NCBI GenBank assembly: GCA_000708835.1
Contig: DF237027.1
Coordinates: 1-64,000, forward strand
DNA from: Klebsormidium nitens
Lineage: Eukaryota; Plantae; Klebsormidiophyceae
Length of the DNA: 64,000 nt
Direction of reading: 5' to 3'
The stretch's first letter is position 1, and every line of letters starts with the position of its first letter. Of the stretch, positions 1 through 10,800 are shown in pieces. The position numbers and the translations under genes are program-made. The notes beneath the pieces are model-generated. The model saw only the letters and a list, made by a program, of their open reading frames with translations, searched no databases and was not told where the DNA came from.

Positions 1-345
1 AAGACTTCGGAACGCCACCTCTAATCTACCAACCAAACGCTATCCCGCAGAACCGGGACTAGCACCAAATCTACGACTCTAACTACTGGTGGTCTTCATC
101 GTCGCCGTCGACGCCTGAACGCCACCCAAATATCTTCTCGCTCGCCGGCCGCCGCGCGAAACTCCTTCCGCGCGCGCGCGGGCTCGCGTACAGCAGGGGA
201 TGACGAAGTGGCACCGTCCGCGAGGGGGTGACTCTTGGGCAGCACAGCGCATTAGTCAAAGGTTAGGATTTTTTGGTTGAGGTGTTCGATGTACCTATCT
301 TGTTTAATGTACCGTGGCGGCGTGGCCGTGTCAATGCATGACTGT

Positions 346-371
346 TTTAGGGTTACGGTTTTAGGGTTTAG
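346..371 (+). promoter_or_regulatory. Two TTTTAGGG telomere-like/telo-box motifs upstream of the LRR gene
   Basis: ttttagggttacggttttagggttta; a similar ttttagggttt lies at ~25400 upstream of IST1. Function not shown. Confidence 0.35.
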
Positions 372-823
372 TGCCGCGGGCCTTCCCATGATTGCTACAG
401 TCTGGCATGCGTACGCGGGCGTCCAGATCGACGGTCACGAGGGCCCTCGGAGATCCAGTCGGAGTCCGGACTCGTCCGATCCGGCATCGATCGGAATCCG
501 GATTGACTGAGGGAACTTACGCGCCGGTGGCTGCGCCGCGGCGCCGTTCCGGGCGACCACTCTGACCGACAGTGCCAGCTATAGTATGATGGACCGGTGG
601 CCGGCAGTGACTATACCTAGTGCGGCCCGGGCCACCCGGCGCCACTGGCACGGGGGCCGCCACGCTTGTCTCCGATCCAATTATCACATGTACACTACCT
701 ATTCTTTGCCCTCTGGGCCGCTACACCGAAAGAAACCATCCCCGTCTCCGACTGGACCTCCGACTGGAAAGCAGACTCGCCTTTGTGTCCAAAATTTTTG
801 GTGAACAGATCTGAAACTTAAAG

Positions 824-3800
824 ATGGCGTGCAACAATGTGCATCTTCTGTGTTTAGTTGCATTACATTTAACGTTGGTGTCGAAAGTTGGGACCTTCAC
901 CATCGAAGAGGTGCAGGGAGCCGTGCGTGGTACGGTTTTAGACCTCAGAGGCGGGGCCTTTCGGTATAGGCTGAGAGGTTCTATTCCCCCTGCTTTGGGG
1001 AGTCTCTCCAACCTCACGTATCTAGACCTATCCAACAATGTGCTCGACGGTATGGTTCCTCCCGAGCTTGGTCAGTTGTCCAAGCTGAGGTACTTGAATC
1101 TGTCGTCCAATTATTTTTCTGGGGTGATCCCACGGGAGCTCGGGGGGCTGAGCAGCCTCGCTTATCTGGACCTTTCCAACAACAAGCGCACCTCGATTAT
1201 CGGCCTGTTTAATGGTTTCAGTGGAGGGATCCCTGGAGACTTGTTCAAGCTGACGGGCCTCGTGCAGCTTTACCTGTCAAACAATGACCTCACCGGCGGC
1301 ATTCCATCAGAGGTAGGCACGTTGGGCCTTCTTCAGGAGTTCAATGTGTCTGACAACAAGCTTGAGGGCCCGATCCCTCCTTCCCTTGGGAACCTCCCCA
1401 ACCTGCGTGTTCTCGATCTTGAGAGCAATCTATTGGCCGGAGGGATCCCTCCTGCTCTGGGGCAGTCAAGTAATCTAAATGTTCTCAGGATATCGGGCAA
1501 TCGCCTGACGGGGGCCGTAGCACCTGAGCTTGGGAAGCTTAGCAACCTTCAACGGCTTTCTTTATATAATAACCGCCTGTCGGGTTCTATACCTCCTGCA
1601 CTTGGCAACCTTCAGAACCTGACAACACTTGACCTAGAGGGGAACCAGATAACTGGCTCTATTCCACCTGAGATTGGAAAGCTCAAGAAGCTCATTATAC
1701 TGAGGCTAGGTCACAATGCTTTGTCTGGTCCAATCCCTGCCGATCTTATAGGCCAGCTTCCAAGCTTGGCTGGTGCTTGGTTAGGGGGCAACAATTTCTC
1801 AGGTTCGATTCCCCCAGGCTTTGGTGGCCCACGCCTGTTTTGGCTTGACATCTCAAGCAACCGCTTGTCAGGGGAGTTGCCTGAGTTCTCTTACTGGCCC
1901 CCCGTATTGAATGTCTCCAACAACTGGCTTACTGGGCTGGTTCCAGCCATTCGTCTGCAGTCGTCCCTCTCATTGGACTTTTCATCGAACGCCTTCTCTG
2001 GGTTTACCAGCGCAACACCTGGAATAAGAACCTCTAATGGGTTTTTCGGTGGATTGTTGCCTGGCTGTCTTCTCCAGAGCCTCCTTTTAGAGAAGAACAA
2101 GCCCTTGCTTACCAGCAACTTGATGTTATCTGGGTGTCCAGTTCTGAAATCCTTTGGGGTCGACATTCCCCTACCAGTGTGGACACAGCAGCTTGCCCAA
2201 GTTGCCTACTTAAGAGTTGGAGAGAGTGACGGATTGGGCGCCACGAGGAAGACCCTGGACTTGGCATCAGCTCCTAGGAGGTGCCAGTATGTGGACTGGA
2301 CGGGGGGACGGCCAATACGTGATATTGTATTTTGGGATGCGTGCACGTCGGGCACTGGCTGCGTGGTGAACCTGATTGGGTCCGGTACAACAACTTTGAC
2401 GAGTGAGACGCGCCGCTTTGTTTGCCTTAATAAGGTCTCTGTCTTCCTCGAAGGGGATGCGCCTGTTCTTGCTTCAAAGTCCGATATTCTCGGCAACTAT
2501 GCATTTGGTGGCAATACAGACGCTATCTACATGAAAAATTCGTTCGGGACATACGACCTCGGCTCCAGCTCTTTTCTGGACGACATTGATCTAGGGCCAT
2601 TTGGACGGGCTTATATCGGGGTAGGGTTTACCGGTGCCAGGCGATCTGGTAACCTGTGCAGTAACCCCCAGTCAAAAAGAGTTATCCTGGTCGCCTTTTC
2701 CCTCTTTGCGGCCGTCCTTTTCGTGTCCACCCTGGGCATGTTGGCGGTGAGCCGATGGTGGCAACGTAGGGCTCCTACGCAAACCGCGACTTCTGGCTCC
2801 CCTGGAAGGAGGCGGCTGGTTGCGGTCATAGCTTATACCTGGGGAGTCATCAGTGTCGTTGTGCCGCTAGTGGATATTGCGACGGACATTCTTGTTCTGG
2901 CAGAGGTATGGGGCGCTTGGCCGATGTATGTGGTCCTCGCGTGCGTTCTAGCGCCACTGGCGGTTGCCGGGCTCGCCGTCGCAGAGGCTTGGGTTGTGTG
3001 GGGACGACCGAAAGTTGTTCACAGAGTCGGCTTCAAGTGGGTCTGGCTGGCGCCCCCGGCTGGAGAGTCTGCCTTGCACAGTCCAGGTCAGTCCTGGCGC
3101 TTATGGGACGTGGCGTGCACTGTTATGCTCTGGCCGCTTGCCACTGCCGGCGTTATTGTTCAAGACTTCTTGGCGGTGTTGGACAAGCTGGGTTTGCGAT
3201 TAACCCTGGATGGGCTCGTCGTCAGCTTTGAGGGCTACCAGGACTTCCGCATTTTGCTGGAGGTGCTGCTCGAGTCCTTTCCGCAGGTGAGTGTCAATTT
3301 TGAATCCAGAGTGTGTACAAGGCCGCAGTAACCTTGGAATAACCGCCTTGAGACGGGGCAGGTTAAAGATGGGGGTGCAAAATAAGTACGAGTGCGGAGC
3401 AGGCGTGTTTTCGACCCTTTTCGAGTTGCATTCTCATGCTAAGCTAACCCCCTTGGAACTGATGGGGCGAATCTGGGGGTTCCGTGTAGAACGGGAGCGG
3501 AGGCGGCATGTTTTGGGGTAGGAATTATTTGTAACTTTACCCTCCTTTTCCTGAAATCAATCGTTCTACTCCGCAGGCCATCTTTCAGACGGTGCTCTAC
3601 CGCCTCGGCAGCTCTCGCGCGACCAATATCTACGTCGACGACCGGATCTTTGCGCAGTCGATCGGCGCCTCCCTTGTGACCATCCTTATGCAGTATTGGG
3701 TTACCTTATGGGAGTCGCTCCAGGTCGGGGACATGCCCTGGGTCACTTTCTGGAGACGTGTCAGAACGCGGAGCCGCCCGGTGATTGTGGGGGCCCTTAC

Positions 3801-4363
3801 GGGAGCAGGGGAGGAAGTCGAGCTGTCAAACACCCTGGTGGAGAAGCCCGGGAATTTTGCCGACTGGGGCAGCGGTGAGCGGACGGCGCACACTGTGGCG
3901 CAGCCCGTCCACGAGGTGAGACGCAGTCGTTGCTGCACGCTATAACTCCTTCTACTAACCCCCTAATCTTAGTGAGAAACATACTGTAGTGTAGTCAGCC
4001 GGTTGGTGAGTGCAAACAGACTAGATTAGTTGACACTAAAACGATAAGGAGGTTGGTCGAGCAAAGAGCAGTGTATTGTGGGAGCTTTTACAGTGTCCTA
4101 ATGGGGCAGTTCAGAGTCCACGCGTAAGAGTGCAGCGTACTCTCCTCGACTCCCCACGGCTGGCTGTGCACAGTCCGCAAGGTTACAAGGCTCGGTCGGT
4201 TGCTTCTGTGGCAAACGTGCTGCATGTGCTTGTCCGTTGCAGCATCTTAAAATCACTAAACTTTCGCAATTGAACTGCACTTATTCCTTGTTTGACTTCG
4301 TTTCAGGTGGGCTCGGAGCCTTCCGTCCTTTTCCCCGCCAGCCCTTCAAGTGTCAAACTCTGA
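824..4363 (+). CDS. LRR receptor-like protein: signal peptide, plant-type LRR ectodomain, ~180-aa unknown ectodomain, then a multipass membrane region with XK-related motifs; no kinase domain
   Basis: Exons 824-3286, 3577-3915 and probably 4307-4363, all phase 0 with GT-AG sites. About 15 repeats of LxxLxxLxxLxLxxNxLxGxIPxxLG. The hydrophobic C-terminus has VDIATD and, across intron 1, EVLLESFPQ|AIFQTVLY. The last exon is less certain. Confidence 0.85.
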
Positions 4364-6533
4364 CCCATTTGGGGCTCCGTTGCTGGTCCGTTTATTTCCG
4401 GTGAGTCCTTTTGACACTTCTCATTGATGCTGAATCAGAAACTCGGCTTGGCTCGCATCGGCTTGCCTTCTCTCCAACTGTTGCTTGTTGAGTCGAGCGG
4501 GTCGGACAATGAATGTGTCCCTCTCTCGACAATGTCTCTTCAATTTCACTGGAGGCTTCTGCCTTTGAACGTGCTTCCGTCTAGGAATCTCTCGACCCTG
4601 GCAAGAAGGGAGAGACTCTTGTGCAACGTCGTCGATTCGAGCTCATTGCCGATCTGCCTGGCAGAGGGAGGCTTTTTGAACGACGTTTCCTCCACTCATC
4701 ATTGTCATGACGGACGAAAGTTGAGCTCTCCGTTCTTCTGTACAGTTGATGGTGCGTTCGAAGGGGCTTCGAAGCTGGGGTGGGCATGCTGCCCCTCATC
4801 CATGCTGTCTTTCTGTGTACTATATGCGACGATATTGGCCAACCAAGCCTCTCTCAGGGTCGCTTCTGCACCCTGATTCGGAGGACGCAGCTGATTACGG
4901 CTTGATATATACGAGCTTGATACGAGCTCCATCGCACTGCTTCTTTGTGATTTCTGTCCGCACTGCATGAGGTGCCAGGGGCAATCAAAGCGCCATAGAT
5001 TGCTGCCGTGAATTTTGAAGCTGCAGCTAGGACCAGTGCTTATGTGCAGTCTGAACGGCGATTCTTCCTTCTGGCAGGGATCCCCTCAAACTATCATGGG
5101 TTTGTCTTGAATTTCAAGCAGTGAGTATTTATTCAGGCGGACTACTAGGACCCGATGTAAGTACTCGAGTATTTTGCCAGTTGATAAGTTTGTGCGGCAA
5201 GCTGGTCCGTCCGGTCATAGTGTATCTTGAAGCTGTCGCGTGTGGATTTTGATTTCTTGTCTGCATCAGAGGTCTTGCAATAACACCCCTTTAATTCCAC
5301 CTGAATGTAAGACAACCCAAGAACGTTCGACTCGGACAGTGGCGGAGCTGGCAGCCAACATAACTGAGCCAGCCATTGAGAAGTTACAGTTCATTCATCC
5401 AAACCGCCACACGTTGGATTACAACTTTTATGGCTCGGTCATGCACGTGCTAGCTGGCAAGGCCGGTACAGCGCCAGTGAATGTCGATCATGCTGGTGCC
5501 GCAATATGATCGATTAGCAAACTAGCGCCTTGGCAAATTAGCGCCTTGGCAGTCGACTAGTCAGACGCTCTTGTTACATACTCGTAATGACGGTTGCATC
5601 ATACAGCACGCCAGCGCATCCGCGGCGGCTGCCAGCACTTGCATGTGCTAGCCTACTATAGCTGTGAATGATCTGCACCGACCGTGCTTTCAAGATTTGA
5701 CAATTTAGATTGAAAAGAGCTCTAACTTTTTCTATTTTCATGCCGTGGCCTGTGCACCTGGCATGGCACCTTCAAGCATGGTCCATTCACAGGCACAGTC
5801 CACATGCATGAGATTCAATTAGTGCTCGTACTCTAAATATACGGAACCTTTGCAATAAAAGCGGTGCACATGAAAATTGACAAGGGCTGCAGCTGGCGCC
5901 GCAGGAATAAGCCCCCACACCAATCTGAGAGCTCACTATGTCATTGGAGTGCGATGTAACGCATTACATATAAGGACCAATCACAGGAGCTGCTTGCAAC
6001 AATTGAACGTGATCTATTCCGTTATGTCATTCACTGGCAGAGTGCACGCTCATATCCTGTAGTGCGGCCCATTGCTTGCCTATAGCTCGCCAATCATGCA
6101 TATCTCGATGTGTATGTCAACCCACACAATCTGGCTAGGTACATCTATCTTCAAGTTGCTTCGAGCGCAGACTGAGAAGTGCTTTCTCGCACCCAATCTG
6201 TGGCATTCGTTTGGCATCACTTCAAGGACGCTCAAAGACACCACGGAGTTGCCAGACCTGCAACTGAACCCCGACAGATCAATCAATTCTATGTACACTT
6301 GCTGTACTAAACAAAGGTCAGCACTGTTCCACAGCTAGAATTCCACTATGCGCGCACTTGCCTTCCGGAGGATTGCATCAGGATGTCGAACAGAGATGCA
6401 CCTGGCCACCGAAACTGCATCGCAAGTTATCTCAACAATCCCTTCCAGTTCGGTAAAAGCAATCTGTGACCTTCTGAGATAAGAAACGTTGATCTAAAAC
6501 GTCGACCTTCTGCATTGAGAAATTTGATTCAAT

Positions 6534-7199
6534 TCAGACAGTCGACTTTGATCCCCAACTCCACCAGCTGCTCTGCTGCCTTTTCCCCACCTCAGCCTCC
6601 GGCCTTCCAGGCCCGGTGGACGAAAGCGCACCTTTCGTGTCACCACCAATCTTTGTATCCACGCCTCCCTCTTGACCCTGACTGCTCCTCGCCTCTATTC
6701 TTCTTTGAGCAATTGCCTTAACCTCATCATTCTGCTTCCTCCGCTGCGAACTACTCTCGACCACCTTCTGCATCGCCCCTGCCTTCTCCTTCTCAAGCGC
6801 CAACCGCTGCGCCTCTGTTGCCTTTGCGACCCACTCCGGTGTCGCACTGGTCCCACTCCCCCCTCTCATACGAGCCCCTGGCGTACCAGTCAGTGTCTCC
6901 CCATTCAACGCCGCCTTGTACCTATCCTCAAAGTCATCCTTCTGCTGAATCTCTTTTAGCAGCTGCCCTAACCTCTCCTTGTTAGCAGAGTTAACCAGAA
7001 CCGCGTCCTTTCGGCCGCGCTTCAGGAGCTCCTCTCGGAACTCATCTGTGTTGCGAGTTGTGGCCTTCTGCGTCAGATAAGCGAGCAGGCCGGCCGCGCC
7101 GACGGTGGTGGCTGTGAAGCCCCAGAAGAAAGCAGGGGACGCTTTTCCAAGTGCAACAATTCTGCGCCACGTTCTGGACTTGTCGAAGAGCGCGGCCAT
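6534..7199 (-). CDS. Hypothetical 221-aa protein with one N-terminal transmembrane helix, a charged helical segment and a low-complexity tail
   Basis: Intronless ORF from ATG. Hydrophobic AFFWGFTATTVGAAGLLAYL is followed by NKERLGQLLKEIQQKDDFEDRYKAALNGETL, which I recall resembling an uncharacterised plant family (not verified). Confidence 0.75.
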   Translation of the reverse strand: MAALFDKSRTWRRIVALGKASPAFFWGFTATTVGAAGLLAYLTQKATTRNTDEFREELLKRGRKDAVLVNSANKERLGQLLKEIQQKDDFEDRYKAALNGETLTGTPGARMRGGSGTSATPEWVAKATEAQRLALEKEKAGAMQKVVESSSQRRKQNDEVKAIAQRRIEARSSQGQEGGVDTKIGGDTKGALSSTGPGRPEAEVGKRQQSSWWSWGSKSTV

Positions 7200-7668
7200 C
7201 TTGAATCTTCTTGGTCAGCTGCTCTGCTTTCAAGCAGGCCGCTCCTCTTTGCCAGAAGTCAAAAAGTATGAGAGTATAGCCAGGTATGTTCCTTTTCCGC
7301 ACCAGCTCTTGAGTCTCTGACTTTTGATCGTCAAAAGCAGCAACTTCAAGTTCAAGCTCCGGCCCCGGGTTCAGATCTCAGCAGATAGTAACATCAGGCA
7401 GAGTAAAGCGGTTAAGAAAACGGGTTCTGCAAGTCGCTAACGACGTTGATCCGGCGGCGGCATTTTCCGCCGGGGACGATTTGAGATGCTGAAGAATCTT
7501 GGCGGTTTTCTCTCGCAGGCCGGTTGTAATGCCGTCTTTGCAGACACAGTGTACTAGTCTGGCAGTTAGCACATCAAACTCAATTTTGTGAGGGCATTTC
7601 AGGCAGAGCTCGACATTGCAATCAGGAAAATTGAAAGGGGCAGGAAAGTTTCTGCAAAGGGCGCCAGC

Positions 7669-7709
7669 TTCTGGTTCTGGGTTCTGGGTTCCGGGTTCTG
7701 GGTTCTGGG
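7669..7709 (+). repeat. Heptamer tandem repeat (TTCTGGG) x~6
   Basis: ttctgg ttctggg ttctggg ttccggg ttctggg ttctggg, upstream of the RNMT ATG. Confidence 0.85.
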
Positions 7710-7893
7710 CCATGTAGCCTCTCGCAGATGTTTTCTTTGCTGTTCAAAGGAGCTAGTCCCAGGTTCTGACTCTGTCGTCTTTGCTGGGCGGGCTCTATAG
7801 AAAGAAGCCGCACCTAGGTCCTCTTGACCAGTACAGTATATAATCAGATATAAGGAACATCTTAGAAACCGAGCTAGGCAGCTGCCATTGGGC

Positions 7894-10800
7894 ATGGCTA
7901 TTCAGGTTGATCCTGCACTGGTGGCAGATCATTACAGCAGGCGGGAAAATCAGACCAGGGAAGACCGAGAGGCCAGCCCCATCATCCACCTCAAGAAGCT
8001 CAATAACTGGGTGAGCGCCACCAGCCACTTGCAATTTTGCAAGCGCCTCATTCTGAAATAGACCAGGGCCTGAAACAGATTGATGAGCTGCAGGCTTGCA
8101 TCAATATGCGAGTCAGACAATGAACTGGTGAAAGTATCCAGAATGCAGCCAAATGCTGGGACGCAAGGGTTAAGGGCAGCTGACAGGCTTACGAAGCGTC
8201 ACACTCGTAACCATCCCCACTCTAGTTGCAATTGCTATGCTACCACTGGTGATAAAAAGGTAACGAATCGATTGGTGTTCTTGGTAAGCCCATTGTTTCG
8301 AGCTTTGATGGTCAGCATGGATCTCAAGGCACAATTTTTTTAGTTGGTGTACTCTGTGCCTGCTGTAAACAAAGTAAAAGCTTCCTAGCTCCATTCTGTT
8401 GCTTCACGAGAGAGTGTCGCTAATCTATGGATCTCAGGCCTCCTTGAATCCAGCTCCAGGCTCTCCATCAAGCGACCTGTATTCGAGCCCTACGGATGAA
8501 CTACAAATGGCCCAACTCTGCTGCCAAACGCATGGACTTTCTAACACTCTTCAATCCAGTATCGTTATCCATCTCATGCTGCCTTTCTATCTTAGTTCAT
8601 GTTGTATAACGAAGTATAGGTGATTCCCTGCCCCACAACGGTCCTTTCAAGGGGGCGCACTAAGAAGCAACAATTTCCACAGGAGAGGTGGTTAAGATGC
8701 AAACCTCCTGGAATGAGTAGGGAATAACCTTCTTCTGGTACAGGTTAAGAGTGTCCTCATCCGCATCTACGCCCAGGCGGGTGACCGGGTCCTCGACCTG
8801 GCGTGTGGGAAGGGGGGCGATCTTGTAAAGTGGGACAAGGCGCGCATCTCGCACTATGTGGGAGTGGACATTGCAAAAGGGTCGGTGAGTTGCCGATTAA
8901 TTACTGCTGTTTGCGTCAACCTTGGCACCCGAGCTTGGATTGGAACGCGCGTTCCTCAAACACGACATGCAATGTCGGTTCTGATGTTCCTCGAGTTACC
9001 CCCCGGGAAGGACTTTGGATGTCGATGTCAAACACTGGTCACCAAGAGTTCGGTCAGTCGAACTACAGTTGTTTCGTTAAGACGGCATGTCTATCAAGGA
9101 TCAAGGACCAAATTCGGCCGATCTGTGATCGAAAACCGCGCGTTTCAAATGAGATTGGGTGCCAAGTTGACGCAAACAGCAGTACTTTTCTCGCGTGATG
9201 GCTGGAGCAAAACGATGTTGTTTACTATGTGTTGAACCTGATATGAAGCCCCCAAAAGGCTTATGGGGGTTACGATTGTTGACAACGTAAGCGGCTCGAA
9301 GGTCAGCCCAATAAGAGTAGTTTTCAAGAATGTTTCGAGTAGGTTCTTGTAGAATAATGGATGAAAGTGTCCACTTTTTCGACTGTCAACATCGACCGGA
9401 GTCCTGGGGAGACTGTACCATGCGGGGCGTCAACAAATTGCATGAACCACAGAGAAAGAAGACAGAAGGCTGGAGCCGTCATCAAAAAGGATAACACGAA
9501 AGCGCAGATAGCAAAAAACGAGAGGAGAGGTAGAACAGGAGTAGACTGAAAAGACGGGAACAAACTTACAGCACGTAATCTCCATGATCGCAGGTGGAGG
9601 ACGCCCGTCTTCGGTATGAGGGGGTAGGATCGAATGGCAGGGGACTCCCATATCACTTTTCTGCCCGCCTGTTGTGTGCGGACTGCTGGAAGGTATGAAG
9701 CACGATAAGTGAACCAACAAAAGAGACGTCTCTGCGTCATCGTTTACAACTCTCTTGAATCGAGCTTTCAAGATCCATTTACTCCCCTTGTTTTGGTTAG
9801 ATTGATTGCGACCCGTACTCTTACATCCTTAGACTCTGTGCGAACGTTACAAAGCCAATGTAGTCGAGAGTAGCTTTTCAAGCCGTCCATTAGTAGGCAC
9901 TTTTCTTCTTCGAAGCTCGGAACTGCGGCCTGTTGGTGCAAATTGCCTTTGCTGGAGATGTCTTCTGGTGAAGTGCAGGTTTCGTTAGAAGAGCCGCTCA
10001 AAGATGATGCACCATTTGACATCATCAGCTGTCAGGTGAGTAAACCGGTCTTCTTTACTTTTCTAGCTTTATCTTTAGATATTTGACCATGTGCTTCGCA
10101 TCCACCTTGTTCCCAGATCTCAGAAGTGGGAGGAGACAGGTACCATCCTTGCTTCGCTACGATGACGGCTGGCTCTTGAATGACTGTTACAGAATTCATC
10201 TTACTTGAGCAGAGGCGTCAGCCATTCAAGCTATTGTATTGCCATCAGTATGGGAGCCGTTGCAAGTAAGACCCTGTTTATCGTCCACCTTTCTCAACTT
10301 GGCCGTTATTCTGTGCTTGTCTTGACATGGAGTTTGCGAGGGGTTCATACCAGTTGTGATAGTATAGTACACAAAAGATTTGCACCCGCCTTCACTCACT
10401 AACATTCATCGAGCGGCAACGTCCGTGCTAAAACGTGTGCCATCTCGCTTCGGAAAAGGATTGCCCTGCTTCATAAGTTCGTGTCGTCAACTTGAAGGTT
10501 CCATATTCTTGTCTAAGTGTCACTCGAGCAGGCTTGTTGCCCGTCCCTCTGTCCTTTGCATGTCTCTAGTTGAGGCCACCCATCCAGTCTATGTACTGAA
10601 CACTGTCACCCGATGCCTAATCTACCAGGGTGTCAAGTCCTTCCCAGTGCCTCCGCAGCTGTTTGCCCTACACTACTCCTTCAGCGAAGAGGCCCGAGCT
10701 CAGTTCAGAAGACACTAGGGGAATCTTTCACCCCATGCCTGAAGATTTCTGGTGTCAATTCCTCCGTAGTGCCTCCACTGCAGTTCGCCCTACACTACTC

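Noticed and set aside
51-231. Possible terminal exon of an upstream gene after CCCGCAG
   Set aside because: Low-complexity peptide and no upstream context in the window.
4424-5130. 150-aa ORF and other coding-like frames downstream of the LRR gene
   Set aside because: Stops in all frames and no recognisable motif; probably 3' UTR (a GT donor at ~4402 suggests a UTR intron).
7378-8394. Minus-strand ORFs with Cys pairs and QNPEP repeats
   Set aside because: They overlap the RNMT leader and first exon on the opposite strand; QNPEP is only the translated heptamer repeat.
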